A stretch of 64,000 nt of DNA from Octopus vulgaris (lineage: Eukaryota): assembly GCA_951406725.2 (NCBI GenBank), contig OX597817.1, positions 104,470,001 to 104,534,000 on the forward strand. Direction: 5' to 3'. Made by a program: the position numbers and the translations under genes. This document shows, piece after piece, positions 11,836 to 24,134 of the stretch. The notes beneath the pieces are model-generated. The model saw nothing but the letters and a program-made list of their open reading frames with translations, ran no database searches and was not told the DNA's origin. How positions within the stretch are numbered: the stretch's first letter is position 1; every line of letters begins with the position of its first letter.

Positions 11836-12269
11836 GTTTACTAACAAAACTTTCATTTTCAGCTACTTACTAATATAAACAGTTGCAATTCGAGGATTTC
11901 TTGTTACATCTTTATGAAATTGATCTGGCAAACCTACACTCAACAGTAACCGCCTTTAAGGGGAAAAAATAGGTTCCATTGAGTAGTCTTCGATGATGAA
12001 AAATGGGATGGCCAGAGTTGGGATGCTTTTACTCATAAGGACAACTGGATCCGAGCTGACATTGGAATTTAACAACAAACTAAAACAAGATACATTCAAC
12101 TTCATACATTACAAAGCTACATGAACATGAGTAAAAAAACAATCATTATAAATAAAACAAAATAATACAAAGTCGAAAAAGCCCTCGTAATGACGACAAA
12201 AAAAAATCAGTATAAAAATAAGGCTTCAAGTTTACTTCAGGATAACAAAGAAATTATTACAGTGACATT

Positions 12270-12589
12270 ACGATGAAAAAATCCTCCGATGCTTTCATTT
12301 ATTATTTCCTTTGAACAGTACTTCGATCACAGGAACTCCAGACTGGATATATTGACGGCAGAGTTGGATATGAGAAGGGTTTGACTTCTATTTCTACTGG
12401 ATCGAGTGACTAGGTAAAAGCTCTCAGGTTTCTGAAATGATTTTTTGTTTTTGGCCTGTTAGCTTACACGTGTTTAGTTAATAACATGTAAACGTTCGAA
12501 TCGACATTGAGGTTATCCAACAAGTCAGCACATCGTAGTGTTGTTGCTCTAACTTGACGTTTATTCGTTCCACGATCCTCTGAGGCATC
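12270..12589 (+). promoter_or_regulatory. Probable promoter/5' UTR of the NT5DC3-like gene
   Basis: CpG is visibly enriched relative to the CpG-poor flanks immediately upstream of the first coding exon; CACGTG at 12468. Confidence 0.45.
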
Positions 12590-12779
12590 ATGTTTAGCTG
12601 GATGTGCGTTAGATTGTGTCGATTGTCTCGTCGCACGGCTCATTCTGGACATTTATCAGGCCGACTGAAAATCACATATATAAACACTAGGAAGCTACAT
12701 GTTTCGAATAAGTGTCTTCAGAAGAAAGACCGCCTCTACCTGAAAGCAATCTATGAACAACGGAAGGCTCAGTTAAAAG
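12590..12779 (+). CDS. NT5DC3: 5'-nucleotidase domain-containing protein (NT5DC3/NT5DC2-like), exon 1
   Basis: ATG at 12590; Arg/Ser-rich, acid-poor N-terminus MFSWMCVRLCRLSRRTAHSGHLSGRL…; G|gtatgt donor in phase 1 joins the 25849 exon (G+AT=D). Assignment rests on phase, position and composition. Confidence 0.72.
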
Positions 12780-14605
12780 GTATGTTTACAAATATTTTTC
12801 ACAATCCTTCAGACTATATTAATGCGAAGATAACCGTTTTATTTCGTTTTTCAGAGACTGAAATGACGTAAGGAATAACAAAGAAAATATAACCTTCCCT
12901 TCTACAAACCCCTGATAGTAAACAATCTGATTTGCTTAAACTGCTGTTTTTTTTTATGAAAGTCATTACTGTATAGTTTGTGGCACAGTCGCTTAATTGT
13001 TTTTAAATTCAGTTACCGATTAGTATTGATATTATTGTCAAGTGTGATGTTTAATGTAGCACCCTACTTAGAAATAAATATGAAGATAAGTATGATACAA
13101 ACTCTTCGTTAGATTCCCTGCTGTCATATTGAAAGGTCACTTTTAATACCAAGGACATTTATAAACCCTTTTTACTATGTCTTCGATCATCCTTTTGTAG
13201 GAATTTTATCCTTTAAAATATTTTCATTGATTTCCGAATTCATTTCGGTTTATAATATTTATATTCTACTCGATTTGTTGGAGCATTGTATTTTAACATT
13301 CATCAAGTGATGTGGCGTCACCGAGCAACACTTTAAAATATACTTGCCTATGTTCAATTAAGAATAATAGTTACTGTTTATGTTCTATTTTACTGAAACA
13401 TTCGACTAATTAGTATGAAGAAATTTATTGCTCTTCATAGAGGCTTGAAAATTGGTACTGTAAAGGAAAAGAAATATGTGTTTGGATGTCAAGTGAATGA
13501 AATACTTTCACTTGGAATTGAAACTGTGAGCGCAGATTCTGCGTACCAACTTGTGCCTGCTTAGTACACATTATAATAAAATAACGAAAACTAGCATTTC
13601 TATTAAAAAGGCTTTTTTCATTTTAATACAACTGGGATTCACTTTTCTCAAATATCTTTCACTCTGTTAACTTTCCAGGTTATCATTTTCGATGAATTAC
13701 GATCCCCCTTCCCATCAATCTATTAACTTGTAATGTTTATGGTGTTTGGATTAGCCATTTATTCTTTCCAGTTAATATGCTTAATCCTAGGTCAGTGTGG
13801 GTCGAGCAAAATATAGTAACAATCCACAGACCTGTGATCTTTTGTTGATTGTATGTGTGGTGGTTTAGAGAGCACCAGGTTAACTCTTATTGTGCAAACT
13901 TGTAATCAAAAGGCATTCCAACTGTAATAATCTCATCTGTTATCTAGGACTGTTTTGGTTGATGTATTTTGCCTGCCTTCCATGTTTTCAGACAGCCGGG
14001 GTGTGAAAGCATAGACTCCGTTGTTAAAGGTATAATGTAGTGAGGTGTCGTATGATGTTGTGGCTCTTCAAATAACGTTTAAGCCGTGTCTGTCCCAGGA
14101 TGACATTGTACCTAGTAATTCTTTCTTTTCTCATGTCTGTATGGTGTGATTTAAGGGAGACTGGACTGTTGTTTCTAACAGATCGTGCAACCGTATAATG
14201 ATTTCTCATTAGCTTGATGCATTAATTTTAATGCTCAAATGTAATATTTTTCTTTTTGATTCATATTCTAGTGGACATTGTGACTTTTCCCAAGAGCATT
14301 AGACGCGTAAGGACGTGAAATGTCTTCAACCAGGATTGAACGTGATCACCGTCTCAACTAGTTGGGAGCTTACCTCTTGTTCTGTCGTGCTTATCACACA
14401 CATTCCCCTCACCCCGTACACACACACATTAATGTAACTTTTTATAACTTTTTCACTGAAGAAAGTTGATTATAATTGTAACTGTAGAGCAAAAGACCTG
14501 TATTTACTGTCTACAAATAAAAGGTACTAACTTGCAACTTGAAGATATCTCATGTTCCTACAAATTTTCTGATCTTATATAGCAGAACGTACCTTTTCCC
14601 CAAAT

Positions 14606-15450
14606 GCTACGAAGACAGGGTGGAATTACCTGTGAATTACCTCTGCGCTATCTATTATTTAGAACCGCCAACGTTTAAGACAGGTCATAATTTGGTCAAT
14701 ATAAAGTTTGAGACCCGTTGACGAAAAAAACAAAAAAATAGCTGCATTCTAGGTGTTAAAAACTGTGTAGAAAACGAATATGCAAAAAAAAAAAAAATGC
14801 GCAAACGAACGTGGGGTGATGGGGAGAGGACTTTCGGAAAATTCACAAGATCCAATTTTTTCCTCATAACTTTCAGGAAAATGGATATATATTGCTGAAA
14901 TTTTAAAGAAATTCTCTTCAAATGGCACAAATTACGATTATAAAGACATTTCTGGGGAAATTTTTTCCGAGGGGTTGGGGGGAGGATTGTCCGAAAATTT
15001 ATACGATCCGTTTTTCTCCTCTCATAACTTTCAGGATGTAGTTTAGCACCCGGTCACCAAAATGTTTTGTTTTTTTTCACCGAATTCCTATGTTTTCAAT
15101 GATGGAGATTCCTAATATGCAAAAAAAACATGTTTATCAAAATTTTTAATTCTACCCCCAAATTTTTTATTTTTAACCTTTTTCGAAATTTTTTTCAGTC
15201 TACGTGGAAAAATACAGAGTAAGAAAATGGGGGTGGGGGTGGGAGGCATTTTAATTTCAAAATTTTTAAGGAAAACTCCAAAATTGATCGCTCCCCCCAC
15301 CTCGCCACCTCATCCCACTGTCAAAAAGTGAAAATGAACGGCTGTTTTGCCCGTTTCTGCATTTATGGTGTAACAGCAAAAGGATCACGGCATGTGAAGC
15401 CCTCACCACAAAACTCGATATGCTAAAAATAACAGCTGTCTGGAGAAATT
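14606..15450. mobile_element. Probable non-autonomous DNA transposon fragments
   Basis: Starts with CAGGGTG; internal repeated CCTCATAACTTTCAGGA; CpG-richer than the flanks. Termini are not resolved. Confidence 0.35.
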
Positions 15451-16509
15451 TTATGTTTGTGTGTGCGTGCGTGCAACAATTTCTGCAGTTTATCTGAATG
15501 AACAGACTTGTCATATACGTATTAATTTTATTTTATTTATTTATTTATTTTTTGCTTTAAAGGTAAACGATTCTGATAGAATCAATTACCTTGGTGTCAA
15601 TTCATTGGAATAATCCCAACAAAATACTTTAAGTTTAGTCACTGGTTCAGCACCTATTTGTGTTCTTCATTCCAAAATAATAAAAATCTTAACATACTTC
15701 CAAAATGGGACTTCATCGAAGTGTATCCACGTGTGTAAGTGGGGGGGGGGGGTAGCAGAAAATCATTTACGGAAATGAACTTGCACAATGTTATACATCT
15801 GAATTTCTTTTTAATTGTGATAATGCAACAAGGGGTTTAGTCCTTATCGCCAAAATTTATTTCCCTTACATTTTCTCTCTTTTTCAATATTCCATTAAAA
15901 GAGAGAATGTGTTGCTATCAACTGTTAGAACTTTAGTAACTTGATCGATCTGTCATTGAACCAGGATTTTAATTTCGTTTGATACATACTTTGCTATCAC
16001 TTATATGGAGAATTGCAAACACATGGCATATAAAGATAACTTATGTTAATAGAAATTTTATGCGTACATTTCCATAAATGTTTTTCTTGCGCACCCCCTG
16101 CCCCCATGCACGCAGATACACATGGACAACAGGGCACAACTTTAGTGGGCCCCAGGTTGCCAGTCAACTTGCACCTCGGAAATTCCCTCCCACCCACCTC
16201 AGAGTTATTTTCTTTTCCTCGTTTTGTTTTCAGGCGTATCAACTAATCTCGCCTCCTACAGAGAACTTTTTTCCCCTTTGCTGCTTATTAGGTGATCAGA
16301 ATAGTGGCTGTTTTGTATGTTTAATAACGGCTATTTCTAGTATACTAAACAGCCACGTTAAGGACGGGCTGCCTTTCAGTTTATTTCAAACAGAGTATAA
16401 TGTGTGTGCGTATATGTGTGTGTGTATGTATATATGTGCGTGCATATATGATGTGTATGTATGCGCATATATATATACATATAATACATATACATATATA
16501 TATATATAT

Positions 16510-16749
16510 ATGCCACCGTGTTGGTGTCATGTAAAAATATCCATTCCATGCAGTAAATTGGTGGTGTTAGGAAGGGTATTCAGCCATTGAAACTATGCTA
16601 CTGTGCGATACCATGTAAAAGCCATCAGTCCATGCTGTAAAGTGGTGATGGAAGGAAGAGCATCCAGCCACAAAAACCATGCCAAGGCCCCTGTCAAACC
16701 GTCCAACCCATGCTAGCATGGAAAATGGACGTTAAATGATGATGATGAT
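16510..16749 (+). mobile_element. RTE LINE 3' tail fragment ending in (GAT)n
   Basis: …GTTAGGAAGGG…CCGTCCAACCCATGCTAGCATGGAAAATGGACGTTAAATGATGATGAT, the same tail as the RTE at 18520-18679. Confidence 0.75.
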
Positions 16750-16754
16750 ATGCA

Positions 16755-18679
16755 TGTTGGACCAGGTGATGAAGGTCTCAGAGAGGGTCATAACCCATCT
16801 CATTAGGGAGAGAATTTGCTTAGATGAAATGCAGTTCGGTTTTGTACCAGGTAGAAGCACCACTGATGCTATATTCCTGGTCCGACAACTGCAGGAGAAG
16901 TACCTAGCTAAAGATAAACCCCTCTACATAGCTTTTGTGGACTTGGAGAAAGCCTTTGACAGGGTTCCCCGTTCCCTTATCTGGTGGTCGATGCGGAAAC
17001 TGGAGATTGACGAATGGCTAATAAGGGCTGTACAGGCTCTATACAGAGAGGCTGTCAGCAAGGTTAGGATTGGCAACGAATATAGTGAAGAATTCCAGGT
17101 AGAAGTAGGTGTGCACCAGGGCTCAGCCCTCAGTCCCCTTTTATTCATCATAGTCCTCCAGGCAATAACAGGAATTCAAAACGGGATGCCCCTGGGAGCT
17201 CCTCTATGCTGATGACCTAGCTCTCATAGCAGAATCACTACCGGAACTAGAAAAGAAATTTCGGGTGTGGAAGCAAGGGTTAGAATCAAAGGGCCTTAGA
17301 GTAAATGTAGCAAAAACCAAAGTAATAGTAAGCAGCAAGGTGTACTCAGCACACACCCCCTCGGGTAGGTGGCCCTGCTCAATCTGTAGGAAAGGTACAG
17401 GTAGAAACTCCATAAGATGCACCCAATGTAAGCTATGGACGCATAAGAGGTGCAGCAACATTAAAGGGAAATTAACAGATAAGATAGCTTTCATGTGCGG
17501 CAGATGCACAGGGGCAATAGACACAACAGACACTCAGAAAACAGATTCCATCACACTCCAGGGAGAGAAACTAGAAGTAGTTGATAGTTTCCGCTACCTG
17601 GGTGACCAAGTTAGTAGCGGAGGTGGATGCACAGAGAGTATCACCACTAGAATACGAATAGCCTGGGCAAAGTTCAGAAAGCTCCTACCCCTACTGGCAA
17701 CAAAGGGTCTCTCCCTCAGAGCGAAAGGTAGATTGCATGATGCATGTGTGCGAACTGCCATGCTTCACGGTAATGAAACATGGGATGTGACTGCAGAGGA
17801 CATGCGTAGACTTGAAAGAAATGAAGCTAGCATGATCTGCTGGATGTGTAGTGTCAGTGTGCACGCACGACAGAGTGTAAGCATCCTGAGAGAAATGCTG
17901 GATATAAGAAGCATCAGATGTGGTGTGCAAGAGCGACGTTTGCGATGGTATGGTCATGTGCTGCGGATGGATGAAGAGAGATGTGTGAAGAAGTGCCACT
18001 CCCAAACAGTTGAAGGTATCAGGGGGAGAGGTAGACCCAGGAAGACATGGGATGAGGTAGTCAAGCATGACTTCAGAGCATTGGGCCTCACTGAGGCAAT
18101 GGCGAAGGACCGAGATCTCTGGAGATATGCTGTGACTGAAAAGACCCGGGCTGCTTCCTGCATCAGTTCCACATAGCCCCTGCCCATTCAAAGTACCCCG
18201 GATCCCAGATCGTCCTGCTGTGCCTGAGGAGACCTGTTGAGTCAAGTACATGAACATGAATGTCGAAATAAATATCAATGGAAATAGGAGTTATGATGCC
18301 TGTGCCGGTGGCACATAAAAAGTACTATCCGAACGTGGCCGATGCCAGCGCTGCCCCGACTGGCCTCTGTGCTGGTAAGACCATCCGAACGTTGCCAGCG
18401 CCGCCTTGGCTGGCTCCCGTGCCGCTGGCACGTTAAAAGCTCGAACCGATCGTGACCGATGCCGGACCCCCCGGCCCCTGTGCAGGTGGCACGTAAAAAG
18501 CACCCACTCCACTCGCGGAGTGGTTGGCGTTAGGAAGGGCATCCAGCCGTAGAAACTCTGCCAGATCAGACTGGAGCCTGGAGCAGCCCCTGGCTTCCCA
18601 GACCCCGGTCGAACCGTCCAACCCGCGCTAGCGCGGAAAAAAGGACGTTAAACGATGATGATGATGATGATGATGATGA
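16755..18679 (+). mobile_element. RTE-clade LINE, 5'-truncated: RT, C-terminus, 3' UTR and (GAT)n tail
   Basis: QFGFVPGRSTTDAIF, FVDLEKAFDRV, GVHQGSALSPLLF, LLYADD (YADD at 17205-17216; frameshift near 17170), FRYLG, RLRWYGHV, RGRPRKTW; stop at 18176; tandem 3' UTR units and a (GAT)n end. Confidence 0.95.
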
Positions 18680-20021
18680 TATATTATGTACATATTTATA
18701 TGTGTATGTATATATGTATATATATGTATGTGGAACTTTCTGAATTATTGATAATTTGTTAATAAAATTTTCTACATATATATATATGTCTCTGATGGTG
18801 TAGATTATGATTATATCGGAATTTATTGTGTAAAGCATTTTTCCCTCTCTTTTAAATAAACTCCAAGGTAGCTGGTCCTTAATGTGGTTGTATAGTATGT
18901 TAGAAACAGCAGTTATTAGGCATAAAAAGTAGCCACTATTCTGATCTCCTAATATGCTGCAAAGGGGAAAAAGGTCCTTTGCAGTATACTAGGTGCTGAA
19001 ATTAGCCGACAGCACACGTAAAAAAAAAAAAAAAGGAAGAAATATAACTCTGAAGTGAGAGGAGGATTCCAAGGGCTCACTCCACTCTGTTTTTGATGAA
19101 AAAAGGTCTTTGCGGTATATTAGGAGATGAAATTAGTTGATAGCACAAGAAAAAAGGAAAACAAGGAAAAACATTATTTCTCACCGAAATCAAGGTGGGT
19201 GTTGTTAAACTATAAATTTAAACATCTAAACTACGCCTTTTAAAAATATTCTGGTAAAAATTGGAAAGAAATTTTACAAAATCCCAAAGAAACTTTATTT
19301 GTTGCATTTTATGCTAAAAGGGATATGCATAAAATGCAAATAAATAATAATTGTTAGATTAGAATTTTTTGGAAGCTGGTTATATACTTACCGATTATTT
19401 TTTTTTTTTCTATAAGCTGTTGTAAGACACAGTCCTGTCTGTGTGGCAGGAACTTTGTTCCTTAGCTATATGTTTCTGGATTTAGCAGCGGTGTGTGGCA
19501 CCAAATATCTACTACTACAGCCCCTTGTGTGTGTGTGTGTGTGTGTATGGATGTGTGTTTGTGCTTGTCCAGAACCTGAATGGGTGCCATTGCAAAGAGA
19601 TTTCCTCTTTTGAACAAGAGACAAGAAATTTTATCTCACCTTCCCCATCTTTCTCTCTCACACTATACACTCACATACATACACAAGTACACGTGTGTGT
19701 ATTTATACAATTCCCCACAAAATAAAAATATATATACATACAATCATACACATAAATACAAAGACCTCAACCAAGCCACTATCAAAATCATTTGAGCTTT
19801 TAACCTTTAACCATTGTAGCCAAGATACTGAGTACTGAATTCTTTTACACATACACATCCATTTAGCCTTTTGCCTTTATAATTTTTTGCTTTCTTTAAT
19901 ACATATGTACTTACATACATGCATACATACATTCATACACACACACACACACATATATATAATACACATTATTGAAATAAAAGTTTCCCCAAAATTCAAC
20001 ATATACAAACATATATATACG

Positions 20022-20024
<3 letters not shown>

Positions 20025-20069
<45 letters not shown>

Positions 20070-20218
20070 CATTTGTATATATATATACATACATTTATAT
20101 ATATACATACATTTATATATATATATATACATACATTTATATATATATATATACATACATACATTTATATATATATATATATACATACATACATTTATAT
20201 ATATATATATACATATAC

Positions 20219-20292
<74 letters not shown>

Positions 20293-20308
20293 CATATTAT
20301 ATATATAT

Positions 20309-20351
<43 letters not shown>

Positions 20352-20375
20352 CATTATATATATATATACATACAT

Positions 20376-20430
<55 letters not shown>

Positions 20431-20432
20431 AC

Positions 20433-20463
<31 letters not shown>

Positions 20464-20468
20464 CATAC

Positions 20469-20533
<65 letters not shown>

Positions 20534-20585
20534 CATACATACATACATTATATATAATATATATATATATATACATACATACATT

Positions 20586-20616
<31 letters not shown>

Positions 20617-20625
20617 CATACATAC

Positions 20626-20661
<36 letters not shown>

Positions 20662-20737
20662 CATACATTTATATATATATATATATATATACATACATAC
20701 ATACATTTATATATTATATATATATATATATATATAC

Positions 20738-20780
<43 letters not shown>

Positions 20781-20809
20781 CATACATTTATATATATATA
20801 TATATATAT

Positions 20810-20842
<33 letters not shown>

Positions 20843-20851
20843 CATACATAC

Positions 20852-20888
<37 letters not shown>

Positions 20889-20917
20889 CATACATTTATA
20901 TATATATATATATATAC

Positions 20918-20954
<37 letters not shown>

Positions 20955-21033
20955 CATACATACATTTATATATATATATACATACATACATTTATATATA
21001 TATATACATACATACATTTATATATATATATAT

Positions 21034-21080
<47 letters not shown>
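20025..21080. repeat. ~1.05-kb compound (TA)n/(CATA)n microsatellite
   Basis: Directly visible: (TA)n runs punctuated by CATACATACATT units. Confidence 0.97.
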
Positions 21081-21082
<2 letters not shown>

Positions 21083-21182
21083 CACAGGAGTGGCTGTGTG
21101 GGAAGAAGCTTGCTTCCCAACCACTTGGTTCTGGGTTCAGTCCCACTGCATGGCACCTTAGACAATTGCCTTCTACTATAGC
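21081..21182 (+). mobile_element. tRNA/CORE-type SINE head
   Basis: GGCACAGGAGTGGCTGTGTGG…GGGTTCAGTCCCACTGC…TCTACTATAGC, with A/B-box-like motifs. Confidence 0.75.
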
Positions 21183-21644
21183 AAGGCTCAGGATGCCTTA
21201 AACAAAGGTGTGTCTGATATGTAGTCCACTTTGCAATGGATTAATGCTCCAAATATGAAAGCAATGGAAAAGTAAGATTGCAGAAAAATGCATGTGTGTA
21301 TGTTTTTGTACACACCCACAAACACATTCATTTATCTGGTATTTCCCTTTGGCACTTCCTTATTTTGAATTAAATGTATTTAAATACAATAAAAGAAATG
21401 GACACAATCTGTAAGTAAGGATGGCTGGACTTGCTTGAACATTATATCTCATTATTATCATTAATATTTTCTCACACCGGCAGCCTGAGTTCTTGCTATT
21501 TCCCAGTGCCCCATTCTATCTCATTGTCAGAATTACTATTCTTTCACTCCAGCAGCGGCAATGTTAAAACCATTCGTTCAATTATGTTATCCTAAATCCC
21601 AAAATTCCGTCTCCTCATGTTCTGTCTTCAACCAGCTTAATTCT

Positions 21645-21682
<38 letters not shown>

Positions 21683-22167
21683 TCCCTCTCAGTTTCATTA
21701 ACAACTTGCTTCTCCCAACACTTTACCTCCACTCTTCCCACCCCACCCCACCCTATATAAACTAGCTCATTCATATTCCCCTACCTCACATTTTAATACC
21801 TCACCACATGGAGTAGAAACCAGAAGATGTTCAGATAAGCAACCTTGTTTTCCAACCAAGCACACATCTAAAACCTCTTTTTCAGTGCAGATTATAATTA
21901 CTTTATTATTTCATTTCACTATCTACCTATGTAAACTGTTTTGTCTTCCATGCCATATGTTTAGAGAAAAAAATTTAAGATCCCTTCGCTCAATCCAACT
22001 CTCCCTCTTTCTCCCTCTCTTTCATTTATTTATTGCCATTTATTCATTCATTTATCTAATTTTGTCATAGTTTGGCTGACCGAAAACTGTTGGTTATAGC
22101 TCTAGTTAAGAATTCAAATGCCCACTTCTATCTCATTATTATCATTAATATTTTCTAACACCGGCAG

Positions 22168-24134
22168 TCTATGTTGATGACCTTTCTCTAATAGCTGAGT
22201 CATTATCAGAACTAGAGGTGAAGTTTCAGGTATGGAAGCAAGGTCTAGAAACAAAGGGCTTTAGAGTCAGTCTAGCAAAAACCAAAGTGAACTAAGATAG
22301 CACCCCTTACTTTTCGAGTACGTTCCAGAGTATTCGAGTGGTTCCAAGCAGTGCTATTTTATGCAAGTGCTCCATTCTTATTAGAGCCCCTATTTGTTCC
22401 ATGTACTTCTCAAGATTTTTACTCACTATTCCCCGGGCTCCGACAATTACTGGTACTACTACCACCTTTTTCATCGTCCACAACTGCTTAACCTCTCAAG
22501 CTAACCTGTCATATCTATCGACTTTTCTTTCTCCCTTATCGCATACCTTCTTGTCAGCTGGGCTTGCTATATTTAGGATCCAGCATGGTTTGCATTCTTT
22601 CTCAACACTATGTCTGGTTTACTATTCTCTATCTCATTGTCGCACTGAATATTATTTTTCTTGTTCAGTGCTCTGTATTTGTGTTCGCTTTTAACCTCCC
22701 CCTTCTCTTTTCAGTCTAACACAGAAATGTCTTTCTAGAGCATACCTAACCTGCCTGTATTCTTCTTTTCCACTATTGATATTTTCATTTGTCACTCCCA
22801 TAGGTATTGGTAGAAATTCCATAAGATGTACCCAGTGTAAGCTATGAACACATTAGAGGTGCAGCAATATCAAAGGAAGGCTAACTGGGAAGATAGTTTT
22901 TGTGTGTAGCAAATGCTCAGGAGCAATAAACTCAGAAAATGTGCATAAAACAGCTTCCATCACATACCAGGGGGAAAAACTAAAAGTAGTTGATAGCTTC
23001 CATTACTTAGGTGACCAAGTCAGTTGCAGGGGTGGATGCTCTGAGAGTGTAGCTGCAAGAATAAGAATAGCCTACTTCTGTCAGTGACAAAGGGCCTCTC
23101 GCTCAGAGTAAAAGGTAGACTGTATGATGCATGTGTGCAAACAGCCATGCTACATGGCAGTGAAATATGGGCCATGACTGCTGAGGACATGTGTAAGCTT
23201 GCAAGGAATGAAGCTAGTATGCTCCACTGGATGTGTAATGTCAGTGTGCATATGCGACAGAATGTAAGTGAGAGAAAAGTTGGACATGAGAAGCATCAGA
23301 TGTGGTGTGCAAGAGAGACGACTGCTCTGGTATGGTCATGTGTTGCATGTGGATGAGGACAGCTGTATGAAAGTGTCACACCCTAGTTTTCGGTCAGCCA
23401 AACTATGACAAATTAGAGGGAACCTGTGGAAAAGGTAGACCCAGGATGGCCTTCGAACGTTGAGCCTCACAGAGGTGATGACAAGTGATCGAGACTTTTG
23501 GAGATATGCTGTGCTTGAGAAGACCTGGCAAGCCAAGTGAGACCGTGATTATGGCCTATGCCAGTGCAGCATAACCAGCCCATTTAAGAGTACCCTTCAA
23601 TCATTGAGCAATAAACTGCACTTGCGAAGACCTGTTGACTCAAGTGAGGTCATTGTCATGACCGATGACAGTACCGCCTGATTGGCACCCATGCCAGTGG
23701 CACGTAAAAAACACCATTTGAGTGTGATCGATGCCACTGCCATCTGACTGGTTCTGTGCTGCTGGCACATAAAAAGCACCATTCGAGCATGGTCGTTGCC
23801 AGTGCCAGCTGACTGGTCCCGTGCCAGTGACACGTGAAAAGTACCATTCGAGTATGGTCGTTGCCAGCGCCGCCTGACTGGCTCCCGTGCTGGTGACACG
23901 TAAAAAGCACCATTCAAGTGTGGTCAATGCCAGTACTGCCTGACTGGCCCACATGCCGGTGGCACGTAAAAAGCAACCACTAGACTCTTGGAGTGGTTGG
24001 TATTAGGAAGGGCATCCAGCTGTAGGAAGTTTGCCAGATCAGATTGGAGCCTGGTGCAGCCTTCTGGGTTGCCAGCCCCTGCCAGCATGGAAAACGGACA
24101 TCAAAGCGACAAAAATGAAGATGATGATGATGAT
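22168..24134 (+). mobile_element. Older RTE LINE copy, fragmented and interrupted by an RLE-LINE fragment
   Basis: Starts at a YVDD-like segment (22170); resumes at about 22802 with Cys-rich and KVVDSFHYLG…RVKGRLYDACV segments homologous to 17390-18170; 3' UTR tandem units and a (GAT)n tail. Confidence 0.88.
22297..22700 (-). mobile_element. R4/Dong-like (RLE-type) non-LTR element, C-terminal fragment
   Basis: Minus frame: WILNIASPAD…KVDRYDRLA*EVKQLW…VVVVPVIVGARG…LHKIALLGTTRIL, a typical restriction-like endonuclease C-terminus. Confidence 0.75.

Noticed and set aside
12464-12652. Divergent minus-strand gene sharing the NT5DC3 promoter
   Set aside because: A short ORF overlapping exon 1 with no recognisable homology and no downstream exons identified.
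17691-18278. 195-aa minus-strand ORF
   Set aside because: Antisense shadow of the RTE ORF.
19877-21017. Long Y/I/M/C-rich ORFs in the ORF track
   Set aside because: Translation artefacts of the (TA)/(CATA) microsatellite.
21081-21160. tRNA genes at SINE heads (also 27604, 43152, 11453)
   Set aside because: Only A/B-box-like remnants fused to SINE bodies; no complete cloverleaf seen.
21430-22170. Penelope-like LTR with a hammerhead ribozyme (also 24220-24800, and CTGACGA near 60698)
   Set aside because: Only degenerate CTGANGA/GAAA-like words; I could not build the three stems.
23691-23978. CRISPR-like repeat-spacer appearance
   Set aside because: The spacers are homologous to each other, there are no cas genes, and the context is a eukaryotic LINE 3' UTR.
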